Source: Gemmatimonadota bacterium
Lineage (GTDB): Bacteria; 4572-55; J002
Reading direction: 5' to 3'
NCBI GenBank assembly: GCA_003697105.1
Contig: RFFQ01000033.1
Coordinates: forward strand, 1-35,425
DNA length: 35,425 bases
Each line of letters begins with the position of its first letter. Position 1 is the first letter of the stretch. Shown one piece after another: positions 8,801 through 15,812 of the stretch. Both the position numbers and the translations under genes were made by a program. A model generated the notes under the pieces. That model was not told the DNA's origin. It saw only the letters and a program-made list of their open reading frames with translations, and ran no database searches.

Positions 8801-11389
8801 ACCTTCCGAGATCACTATGCCTACCGGGTGATGGTCAAAGGCAAATTGCAATTGGAGGTAGAAGCGGAAGGCAAGAGACCAGATGCTAGAGCGGAACTAC
8901 TCGCGTATCGTTACCAATTAGCGGCAAAGATCAAGCGAATTTTCCTCGATCCGGATTTCGATTTTGCCGGAGATGTGGATGTGACGCAGGTACGGGAATC
9001 TTACAAAAAAGATGATCAGGGTCGAGAACGTGATTACCGCGATTTTGGTAATGAAAACACCGACCCGGGAGATGTTTTCCGCTGGTTCGTGCGAGTCAAG
9101 CCGGAAAAATTAGCCCACTTCATTGAACAGGAGATTTTGCAGCAATCGCGCTATGAATACATCCGTGAATACTTCCCCGAGGTGACCCAAGAGAATTACA
9201 CCGAGCACGCGAAATTTATGCAAAAGGCAGAAGATTTGTTTGTATTCAACCATTCTACGCGATTGACACAGGTGTTATACGTCTGGCAACCGGCGGATCC
9301 GCGAGTTGAAGGCGACCCGAATGATGACGCCGTATTGCATCGACTCAATGAGGTCAGTAAAGCGTACCCTCAAATCACCCATCGAGAGAAGTATGTGCCC
9401 CGGCTACGCAAAATTGCCGCGGTGATGTCCTGTGGTAAAAACTTTGCCGTGTGGAAAACCGCCGGACGTGAGATTCCGTGGGAAACACCGCCTTCACCGA
9501 ATAACATCATCCATGTGCGGCTGGCAACCGGTTCGATTGTGGAGCAGATGAATGCCCACCCATTTGGTAAGCTCCACACCGCTTTGACGCACAACGGGGA
9601 AACCACAAATTATGAAGCGTTAAAGCAACGGGTGGAACAGTTCGGCTTACCGCCACTGGCCACGACCGACACCGAAGTCGCCGCCCTCAAATTCCACTTG
9701 CTGGCGGAAGAGTTGGAATATCCCGATTGGGCACTCTTCGAGAGCTTCTCCCCAACGACCGGTGATGATCTTGCACTCGTTCCACCAGAATTACGTCACC
9801 AACTGGAAGAGGTTCAACGGGTTGAATTTACGTCTTCACCGGATGGACCCTACCAGTATCTGTGTTTACGCCATCACCCAGAATCCAACGTGACCGAACG
9901 CATCGATCTGAAAGACCCGGCCGATTTGCGTCCGAGTACCACCGGTTTTTGGTCGGATGGCAAAAAAACCTTTAGTGCCATTGCCTCGGAAGAACAAGCC
10001 ATCCAAAAAATGATGCAACTGTTGGATCAAGAAGGGCTTATTGACGGTGGTGTACCCGATCAGACGATGGTCAGTAATGGTATGATCAACCGTTTTGCCT
10101 TCAATGAACAAGGGCATATTGCCAATGTTGAATTTGTGGATCGCTATGGGCAGGAGATTCCGTTGGTAGATTACGGACGGCATTACAGCATCCGCCGTAC
10201 CCCGCTGGAAACACCGGTAAATCCCGAGACGTTAAGCGAGCAGATGGAGGCGCATCTACAACATCTGACCGCTTGGATACGGTCACAATTGCCAGAATGG
10301 GATTTTAACACGTACCGGTGGGTCATCGAAAATCTGAAAGACCATCCAAACCTTTCAGATTCAGAGAAAATCGCCACGTTCACCTATTTCATCGATTATC
10401 TGCGAACGATGAACACCGGTGACAAGGCAAAAAGCTCGCTGTTGGATGTGACCCGCACTATCTTTTATCGATTTTTGGATGCCTTGCCACAAGGGGAGGC
10501 GGCGGCGTGGGTTCGTATCACGTACCTCCAACCCGAAGTACCGCCGGTTTCTGGAGATCAGACATTGCTCATCGATGCCACAGGTTTTGAGCCGGAAGGT
10601 ACGAATCCGCGCCAATCTTTGGGCGCATTGTTGGGCATGGCGTATGACCGGGGTTGGCGCAACTTTTTGCTGTACCGCGTGAACGGGCAACGGCTTATTT
10701 CCACCGGCGTGATGGGGAACACCCACACCGATGATGTGGTAATAGATGTGTACGGGACACCGGGCGAATATTTTGGCGCGTTTATGCAAGGAGGACTCGT
10801 CCGGTGCCATGGCAATGCGCAGAACTTCACCGCGATGACCATGCATCATGGTACTTTACAGATTTTCGGCAATGCGGGCAAAGTGTGTGGTTATGCCTCT
10901 AAGGGAGGTACCGTCTTTATTTTAGGGGATGTCGTTGATCGGGTATGGACGAATTCGGTCAATGACCCCCGCTGCGATGACCTCAACGTTCATGTGTTGG
11001 GGAGTGCCAGTAAATATGCGGGGGAATCACTGATGGGAGGTGATTTCTTCTTCGGAGGGATGTATTTTGATCATACCGGAGCATTACGGGTGCAAGACCG
11101 CCCGTATCGAGGCACAAAATTGTTTGGTGGCGCCTCACGGGGAAATTTCCTCTTTTTTGACCCCTATGACCGGCTCGATCCGGCGCAGTACACGCATGGC
11201 AACATCAGCCCTATAGATGACCAAAGCTGGATTAAATGGACAAAAAGGATTACCGCAACGCTCACTCTAGCAGGCGTACCTCTTGTGGAAGGACGGTTTC
11301 AAGCAGATAACCGGTGGTTTGACCTCGACCCAAGCCATTTTAAGTTGATAGTCCCTCGCGGAGGGCTGAAAGGTTACGAATCGCACTGA
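2897..11389 (+). CDS. giant fusion: FAD-linked oxidoreductase + 4Fe-4S domains + glutamate synthase FMN domains + class II glutamine amidotransferase + GXGXG domain
   Basis: FAD_binding_4 motifs (IRGSGT..GG, GTICGWIATGG, SEGQMGIV); four ferredoxin-type Cys motifs; GltB FMN motifs (DTGEGG, QGAKMGIGGH, SPFPFHNCYSIED, GGTGASP, SGGIRT, CDRNRNCHDGC); GATase-II motifs (CGV, NRG, HVRLAT, NAHPF, HNGE, TDTE); GXGXG repeats; AGGA RBS. Confidence 0.92.
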   Translation: MFTITPPFDVLWQQSVQKRVATQHSAVELLLEKYQAHLEAMPAIEDNPHYRRVKAKLSEASEVFPLRAVQQAIYYSDAGTVVVPDEIKHHLVNISAQFVVRPGSLADLQAFVQLAYQEQIRYTIRGSGTWPFGGSIPMNKEVVLDLSYLNFHHLDLDRAQLTVAPGTVFAPMRQILRDQGFAFRQEITNPHSGTICGWIATGGLGIGAYKYGHVQESVAAILWLTPQGEWQTLTPDDDRFDLLFDSEGQMGIVAGAVLDVKRLSYVSKPYAFSFDNAVAVQTFVELIAKWELRPSSMIYFDKHYMNITYAIECEHLEQHVQEALRTEDDLRIRRDRHRKEVIERLNGLDHVLVLEFDTPEDYQRALKYQPFRKMGEQLFHGVSFRRLPTDVAHHMWEHRYAPVQMKQKGPSMLVGETILPVKNFPEYMNFVEAAISNWTGNPVKTEAHVLSPQEVLIQTILLADIDTLRHKLYLGLVPFMIQTSIQLGGKPYGTGIWNLPFLKARMKTGDGKHIQKLIDTKNTLDPQHLINQCKFINEQGRKPALKLFQKMSPVLVEKGVKWLYQGKLKEGNSLGKWLWKANKALFPQMVPPQLQAKRPSLLEINSVCAECDSCEKVCPTSDVFGMWGLATPITRRKTANRLARGEAITPSEALGFLVCTRCDNCTRVCPTDIPLTRMFDAVEADTHYQLALAKGLGADPTDSDDLAEKKNEFITRFWDIMKESPLYLPHTLAEQKEEKSHLQHGLNIIYPRGFAYAELFIDPETCIKCGMCAHENACTYGARKGAPREIPQLIDQNCALCNACINYCPQNKAVHAEREYLDKLIKNAIDLEERKFWQTEKSFLRDTTTIQRSPEITHQADIYVTENIIMEIDKESSTGQIPVSGMGQGDRHTGIGFDAERFSHFHIVGPAQNRLHEGDPDEELSVKLGKRHRYCKFDADENLHNPPYHKIELQTPMMYNAVPLDSNGHVELAFIKVAEQHQTLVHMTLDRFLEYYTFFLSEGGYGELPPVIVPRVDEEFIDHLQVQPTVTRKLLMDLWKMPMFEIIYHKEMNQTIEFVRNSVQALNREIPLICGYLEVSEHDIIGGEQIIPHVLEMLEDFLRLEVDVIHIRGKRNKDHYFTTSQAVRAIHHYLVESGRRHLVSLIASGGIRLASDSQKTIQRGAEATLLDFAALLALDPDAYKAIVEHKTTTEHLIDLDIEWAIERLNNQMESRKVQILEVLGAAGFKDLKKTVGEEGRLIDFFQLEERIQKEIFEQDEKLSQQAELNRQLMTTERVNPADAFRYSELKQKVQPLKSPHYFYELGEVNQTVYQRDHVWPGTLIETLGRMAAGDPAMFYLKHVKSVGLLGDGFDVMKILYQRDPDTIDETELDRVQTALPLDKGLILKQPWMLGGKSVGSIGLDTWRAHVILSRELGIQYDTGEGGYPTCFFLNRKGEPIFFTERDIQRIKYFFKHDTHYTVKEIKAILHENRITESTHPHIYEQLNEHPDLKPFLFYEVISTEDEPFVSTELKTGLFGVTKETIKKARRVVIAYSQGAKMGIGGHILARKVNKLVSYLRGIQGLEELNTSRIQQLIKRIEKLEKDATHPMHDLATSAMPELMRANDDGEIYPELKTWLWQIQQRTYELHEAKKIDPIDFEYLIRLSEEVISYSYTSVISPFPFHNCYSIEDVKAFIDMVRMINPQAVISVKVSPSVDIEFIAAGLARIAKDNTEEAEKGIKNSTPLNPDYGMKIEIWLDGPRGGTGASPNIIKGQMGMHLEYAIPLIHDRLVRDGLRNYVKFMVSGGIRTYEDVIKAVALGADGVIWGTAPLAAIGCDRNRNCHDGCSRGIATSNLIMQNLRNVDLNSKQMINAFVIMQMQVIRALAGLGFTDIRQLRGRFDKIQWLGLKERVDFRIRQRKSFAQQMQSAGYKAPERQPHATGQTNCGVAALIGSHPVPSFIMDEALKSMKNRGMDGVGIGKTLCFNTFRDHYAYRVMVKGKLQLEVEAEGKRPDARAELLAYRYQLAAKIKRIFLDPDFDFAGDVDVTQVRESYKKDDQGRERDYRDFGNENTDPGDVFRWFVRVKPEKLAHFIEQEILQQSRYEYIREYFPEVTQENYTEHAKFMQKAEDLFVFNHSTRLTQVLYVWQPADPRVEGDPNDDAVLHRLNEVSKAYPQITHREKYVPRLRKIAAVMSCGKNFAVWKTAGREIPWETPPSPNNIIHVRLATGSIVEQMNAHPFGKLHTALTHNGETTNYEALKQRVEQFGLPPLATTDTEVAALKFHLLAEELEYPDWALFESFSPTTGDDLALVPPELRHQLEEVQRVEFTSSPDGPYQYLCLRHHPESNVTERIDLKDPADLRPSTTGFWSDGKKTFSAIASEEQAIQKMMQLLDQEGLIDGGVPDQTMVSNGMINRFAFNEQGHIANVEFVDRYGQEIPLVDYGRHYSIRRTPLETPVNPETLSEQMEAHLQHLTAWIRSQLPEWDFNTYRWVIENLKDHPNLSDSEKIATFTYFIDYLRTMNTGDKAKSSLLDVTRTIFYRFLDALPQGEAAAWVRITYLQPEVPPVSGDQTLLIDATGFEPEGTNPRQSLGALLGMAYDRGWRNFLLYRVNGQRLISTGVMGNTHTDDVVIDVYGTPGEYFGAFMQGGLVRCHGNAQNFTAMTMHHGTLQIFGNAGKVCGYASKGGTVFILGDVVDRVWTNSVNDPRCDDLNVHVLGSASKYAGESLMGGDFFFGGMYFDHTGALRVQDRPYRGTKLFGGASRGNFLFFDPYDRLDPAQYTHGNISPIDDQSWIKWTKRITATLTLAGVPLVEGRFQADNRWFDLDPSHFKLIVPRGGLKGYESH

Positions 11390-11409
11390 CCGGAGTACCA
11401 TGAGCTACG

Positions 11410-11449
11410 AAAAACGCCCGAAAATTTTATCAATTTCGGGCGTTCTTTA
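11410..11449. terminator. bidirectional intrinsic terminator
   Basis: AACGCCCGAAA/TTTCGGGCGTT stem flanked by A and T tracts between convergent genes. Confidence 0.8.
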
Positions 11450-11471
11450 TGGGTTCTGGTGAGTACAGTTG

Positions 11472-12059
11472 CTACCGGTAATACGGATTTAATCCTAAAT
11501 CATGTTCCGTCACATCGTAAATTTCACCTAAATCGGGGACGTTTTGGCGTAGGAGGGTCTCGATCCCTTGTCGCAGGGTAGCGGCTGCCATACCACAGCC
11601 TTGACAGCCACCGCCCATCTCCAAATAGAGGTCGTTGTCCTTGAGGTCGATGAGTGCCACCCAGCCGCCGTGCATCGCAATCGCCGGGTTGATGTGAGAA
11701 TCGATAATCTGCTGGATTCGTTCCGCCATAGGGTTATCTGCCAGATGTTCTGGCAATGTACTACTGTTCATCCCACTTTTATCAATTTTAAAGCCGCTCC
11801 CCATGCTGGTTTCCAGATAATCGATTTTGATATTTTCCACATAGGGTAGGCTTTGCGGATCGACATAGACATCAAATTCTTCAAAATTGACGGTGGTATC
11901 GGTAGGAGCAATTTCATCTTCAGCCACCAACGCTAAACCAAATTCGGCTTGTTGCATATTGATGGGTTTGGTGGTAATGCGAATCCCGGTGATGTTCTCT
12001 TCGGTCTCATCCATCAGTTGTAAAATTTTCGTTTTGGCATTGCTGGTAATGGTTATCAT
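11472..12059 (-). CDS. nfuA: Fe-S biogenesis protein NfuA (degenerate A-type carrier domain + NifU-C domain)
   Basis: N-terminal ITITSNA..GIRI..IDY..GFKI HesB-like domain lacking Cys; C-terminal INPAIAMHGG..GGGCQGC..TLRQGIE..DVTEH; GAGGTG RBS. Confidence 0.9.
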   Translation of the reverse strand: MITITSNAKTKILQLMDETEENITGIRITTKPINMQQAEFGLALVAEDEIAPTDTTVNFEEFDVYVDPQSLPYVENIKIDYLETSMGSGFKIDKSGMNSSTLPEHLADNPMAERIQQIIDSHINPAIAMHGGWVALIDLKDNDLYLEMGGGCQGCGMAAATLRQGIETLLRQNVPDLGEIYDVTEHDLGLNPYYR

Positions 12060-12200
12060 GAGTTCACCTCTTGAATTGAATATGGAAAAGTATGTGACTA
12101 ACTTAATGATTTGCCTCGTAAAAAGTCAATAGATTTTGGTGGAGAGGAGATCAGGGTAAATCCCCGCTAAAAACTATCAGAATATCTTCAAGAAAATGGA

Positions 12201-12229
12201 TTGACAGTTATCTTTTTTTAAGGTAAGGT
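12201..12229 (+). promoter_or_regulatory. sigma70-type promoter TTGACA-N17-TAAGGT
   Basis: Perfect -35, 17-nt spacer, TAnnnT -10, upstream of the fibre gene. Confidence 0.55.
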
Positions 12230-12328
12230 CACGGTTGTGTGTGTGTGTTTTTGCGTGATTCCCGCATTCAGATGTTTTCTTATTTGAAAACAACTTATCA
12301 TCTTATTAATTTTAAGGAGGAGGAAATT

Positions 12329-14422
12329 ATGATGGTGTCACGAACGTTTGGATTTTCACTGGTAATTTTAGCTTTCGTGGTGATGTGTGTTGCGCCGGTT
12401 GTCACCGCAGAATCGCTATTTGTGGTCAAAAATGCGGCAGGCGATACGGTTTTTGTCGTTACCGAAGAAGGGATTGTGGTGCGCGGTCGGGATGACAGCG
12501 GGAACATGGTCAATTTGATGACCATTTCCCCGGACAGTATGGTGTTTGAGTTGCCCGATGCCGTGACTCGTCCGGGCGGTGGCGGGGGTTACCAATTTCG
12601 CGGTCGTGGTGGGGGCGGCCGGACAGATGCGGTCAATTTACTGACCTTGACCTCCGATAGTGTTGTATTTGACCTGCCCGGTGCGGCAATTCGTCCGGGC
12701 GGTGGCGGGGGTTACCAATTTCGCGGTCGTGGTGGGGGCGGCCGGGAGGATGTTTCTAACTTCCTGACCCTAACCCCAGACAGCATCGTGTTTGAGTTAG
12801 CAAATACGGCCATTCGTCCGGCGGGCGGTGGCGGTTACCAATTTCGCGGTCGAGGCGGTGGCGGTCGTGTCGCGGAACCAGCTTGGTTGCACATCACTCC
12901 GGATAGCATGGTCTTTGACCTGCCCGGGACGGCGGGCCGTCCGGCAGGAAATGGGGGCGGGTATCAGTTTCGAGGTCGCGGGGGCGGTGGTGGCGGTCGC
13001 ACCGGCGAACTCAATTTGATGACCCTCTCTACGGATCCAGACTTTAGCGGTTCAATTGATGAGGAACGGATGCTCTGGTATCCGGTTAAAAATGCGTTTT
13101 TGGTGGGACGGGTGCTGGTAGAACATCCAGATAGTGTGGGTTCTAATTCTCTGGCGGCAGGATACCAAAACAAAGCGATGGGTGATTTTTCACAAGCAAT
13201 GGGGTATCAAAATATTGCCCGCGGACGTGGGGCTTCTGTATTTGGTTACCAGTCCCAAGCCAACGGTGAAAATTCCTTTGCCTTTGGTAATCAATCTATT
13301 GCCAATGGAGATAATTCCTTTGCCTTCGGTTCAGAAACCCGGTCAACACAGGAAAATACATTTTCCATTGGTAAAGAAGCATGGGCACTGGGCACCAATG
13401 CCTTTGCAATAGGTTTGATCTCTACCGCGAATGACTCCAACTCGATTGCCATTGGTACACGAGCGTTCTCCTACGGTGAAAATGCGTTAGCTTTAGGAAC
13501 AAACACCACGACTACTGAATCTAATGCCATTGCCATGGGTCATAGTAGTTTCGCGTGGGGCAGTGGGAGCGTCGCCATCGGGGATCAACCGGCGGCCTCG
13601 GGTATCAACTCCATCAGTATAGGCACTCAAGCGGTTTCGGCTAGTGACGGTACCGTGGCATTGGGTCAACAGGCATCCGCCGAGGGGCAGTATGCGATTG
13701 CCTTTGGCTATGGTGATTCTGCCAGCGGCTATTTTAGCTCCGCGATAGGTTACAGAAATAAAACGCTGGGATATGGGAGTGCTGCCTTCGGCTATCAGAC
13801 AACATCAACCGGTGACTACAGTATCGCTATGGGCAATAATGCAACGGCGGCGTCCTATTCCTCATTTGTGACCGGACGCTATAATGAGATCACCGGCAAT
13901 ACGTATTTTTGGGAGGACACTGACCCGCTCTTTGTGGTGGGAAACGGTTTCGATGCGAATAACCGCAGTAATGCCCTGACCTTGCTAAAAAATGGGGAAC
14001 TCATCGTGGCGGGCACGGTGAATGGTTCTTCCGATGCACGGTTAAAGACGAATATCACGCCATTGCGTAATGTCCTCAGTAAACTGGCTCAGATCAATCC
14101 GGTCTATTTTGAATTTAAGAACCAGCAGACACACCCGGCAGGGACACATATCGGATTTTTAGCGCAAGAAGTGCAACAGGTCTTCCCAGAGCTGGTCAGC
14201 GAGGATGCTTCCGGTTATCTAGCTGTCGCGTATGGCAATATGACGGCGGTATTGCTCCAAGCACTCAAGGAACAACAACAAGAGATTGACCGGATTCGCA
14301 GCGAAAATGACCAACTGCGTGCAAAAGTGGATCAATTGGAATCGTTGGAAAAACGGGTGAGGGAGCTGGAAGCCTTGTGGATACCGCACCAACCAGATGT
14401 TACGACTCGCGCCGCACGATAA
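12329..14422 (+). CDS. secreted trimeric fibre/adhesin: Gly/Arg repeats, YadA-head-like repeats, C-terminal peptidase S74 intramolecular chaperone
   Basis: AAGGAGGAGG RBS before ATG 12329; signal peptide; many 14-aa (S/A)xAxG repeats; SSDARLKTNI...HIGFLAQEV..VFPELV..VAYGNM..ALKE plus coiled coil. Confidence 0.88.
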   Translation: MMVSRTFGFSLVILAFVVMCVAPVVTAESLFVVKNAAGDTVFVVTEEGIVVRGRDDSGNMVNLMTISPDSMVFELPDAVTRPGGGGGYQFRGRGGGGRTDAVNLLTLTSDSVVFDLPGAAIRPGGGGGYQFRGRGGGGREDVSNFLTLTPDSIVFELANTAIRPAGGGGYQFRGRGGGGRVAEPAWLHITPDSMVFDLPGTAGRPAGNGGGYQFRGRGGGGGGRTGELNLMTLSTDPDFSGSIDEERMLWYPVKNAFLVGRVLVEHPDSVGSNSLAAGYQNKAMGDFSQAMGYQNIARGRGASVFGYQSQANGENSFAFGNQSIANGDNSFAFGSETRSTQENTFSIGKEAWALGTNAFAIGLISTANDSNSIAIGTRAFSYGENALALGTNTTTTESNAIAMGHSSFAWGSGSVAIGDQPAASGINSISIGTQAVSASDGTVALGQQASAEGQYAIAFGYGDSASGYFSSAIGYRNKTLGYGSAAFGYQTTSTGDYSIAMGNNATAASYSSFVTGRYNEITGNTYFWEDTDPLFVVGNGFDANNRSNALTLLKNGELIVAGTVNGSSDARLKTNITPLRNVLSKLAQINPVYFEFKNQQTHPAGTHIGFLAQEVQQVFPELVSEDASGYLAVAYGNMTAVLLQALKEQQQEIDRIRSENDQLRAKVDQLESLEKRVRELEALWIPHQPDVTTRAAR
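12515..13025 (+). repeat. four tandem 123-nt (41-aa) intragenic repeats
   Basis: RP codons at 12569, 12692, 12815, 12938; 12568-12622 is identical to 12691-12745. Confidence 0.92.
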
Positions 14423-14623
14423 GACTGGATTCCATGTCAAGGTGGTTTTGTGCAGGCGGGATGCAACCGGATGTTTTCCGGGTGATTTTTTCCTTTATTC
14501 TGAATGAAAATCAATTATATTGGAAGTAGTTTCACGTTGTGGCGCCGGTGAGTGGACGCTCCGGTGCCCGGCTACCGGACGGTAATTTAACGTTGTGCTC
14601 ATTCTTTTCAGGGAGGTACTACC

Positions 14624-15709
14624 ATGAAACGCGGTTTATGTTTTTTAACCCCGATGGCACTTCTGATGCTGTTTTTAACCCCCATTTGGGCCACGGTGAC
14701 GATTCGTGGTGAATTAACGACGATCGAACTCCACAACGGTGGTCAGATTGATGTGTACGGCGATTGGGAAAACGAAGGTATGTTTTCCCCCAACGGTAAT
14801 CGCGTGACGTTTACCGGAAACGGTGATGCCCAAATTATCAATACGGACGGAGAGACATTCGACCAACTGGTGGTGAATATCACTGGGGGTGACCTGATCT
14901 TAACCCACAATGTAACAGTAAACAACGTCTTGCAGATCGATCAAGGGAATGTTCGAGCGGAAACTAGCACACTCTCCCTCAGCGAAGGGGCACAATTGGT
15001 TGAAAATGGCGGTTCGTTATTGGGCAGTGTAACGACCACCCAGACGGTTGGCACCAATGCGGGAGATTTCACTCATTTGGGGGTCTCTATCAGTTCCGGT
15101 GCGGATGATTTGGGCACGGTGCGGGTCACCCGGTTCAATGGACCCGGTGGCGCTATTTCAAGCGGTGATTACACGGGGATCAACCGGTCGTGGCAAATTT
15201 TATCCGATAATCCGCCGGCTGCTGGGCGAGATGTGACCTTTAGCTGGTCATCCGCCGTTGATAATGGTAAAGATATGACTCAAGCACAGATTTGGCAAAG
15301 TACAACCCATGGGCGGTTGTGGGATGAAGCCTCTACCGTAACGAATGTGTCCGGCAATGACCCGCGTACCCTTACCGCCCCCAACCGCACCGATTTTGGG
15401 TTGTTTACCATCAGTGATGCCGCTAATCCGCTCAAAGTATGGCATGATTTTAATCAGGATGGCAACATTGATGTCTATGATGTGCAGGCGATTGCCCAGT
15501 ATCTCGGAACGACACTAGACCGGTACGACCTAAATGGGGATACCGTTGTGAATGCAGTGGATGTGGAATTGGTGTTAGAACAATGGCGCCAGTTACAACC
15601 GGAACGTGCCCGCGAACGTGCGTTATCCGGTGTGCCGGCACAAAAAGCGGCTTCCTCACCAACGCGAACGGGGCCTAAGCAAGCTGTGCCATCGCCAGTA
15701 CAACCATAA
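14624..15709 (+). CDS. secreted beta-rich protein with C-terminal dockerin-like (paired EF-hand) domain
   Basis: GGGAGG RBS; signal peptide; DFNQDGNIDVYDV and DLNGDTVVNAVDV duplicated Ca-binding loops. Confidence 0.8.
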   Translation: MKRGLCFLTPMALLMLFLTPIWATVTIRGELTTIELHNGGQIDVYGDWENEGMFSPNGNRVTFTGNGDAQIINTDGETFDQLVVNITGGDLILTHNVTVNNVLQIDQGNVRAETSTLSLSEGAQLVENGGSLLGSVTTTQTVGTNAGDFTHLGVSISSGADDLGTVRVTRFNGPGGAISSGDYTGINRSWQILSDNPPAAGRDVTFSWSSAVDNGKDMTQAQIWQSTTHGRLWDEASTVTNVSGNDPRTLTAPNRTDFGLFTISDAANPLKVWHDFNQDGNIDVYDVQAIAQYLGTTLDRYDLNGDTVVNAVDVELVLEQWRQLQPERARERALSGVPAQKAASSPTRTGPKQAVPSPVQP

Positions 15710-15729
15710 ATCGCGCCGGTAGAAATGTG

Positions 15730-15768
15730 AAGGCTTGCCGAATCTGAATTAGATTCGGCAAGCTTTGT
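15730..15768 (+). terminator. intrinsic terminator-like hairpin
   Basis: 13-bp perfect stem GCTTGCCGAATCT/AGATTCGGCAAGC followed by TTTGTT. Confidence 0.7.
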
Positions 15769-15812
15769 TATGTTCCTGTGATGATTCTACTTGAATTGAA
15801 TGAGAAATATTG

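Noticed and set aside
2987-10849. Many antisense or alternate-frame ORFs inside the giant gene (e.g. 5120-5854, 244 aa)
   Set aside because: Shadows of a motif-rich CDS with no recognisable domains
2897-11389. Plain gltB or glcD gene symbol
   Set aside because: Domain order and content differ from both, so a symbol would mislead
12095-12129. TGACT...AGTCA upstream of nfuA as an IscR-type site
   Set aside because: Half-site spacing is far longer than in IscR type 1 sites; the right half is more simply a minus-strand -35 (TTGACT)
12568-12990. Regularly spaced direct repeats resembling a CRISPR array
   Set aside because: In-frame coding repeats with homologous 'spacers' and a 123-nt period; no cas genes
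14027-14422. Prophage suggested by the S74 tail-fibre chaperone
   Set aside because: Protein has a signal peptide; no integrase, capsid, terminase or other phage genes nearby
14639-14683. Short duplication TGTTTTT(T)AACCCC in a signal peptide
   Set aside because: Tiny local duplication with no frame disruption and no evidence of phase variation
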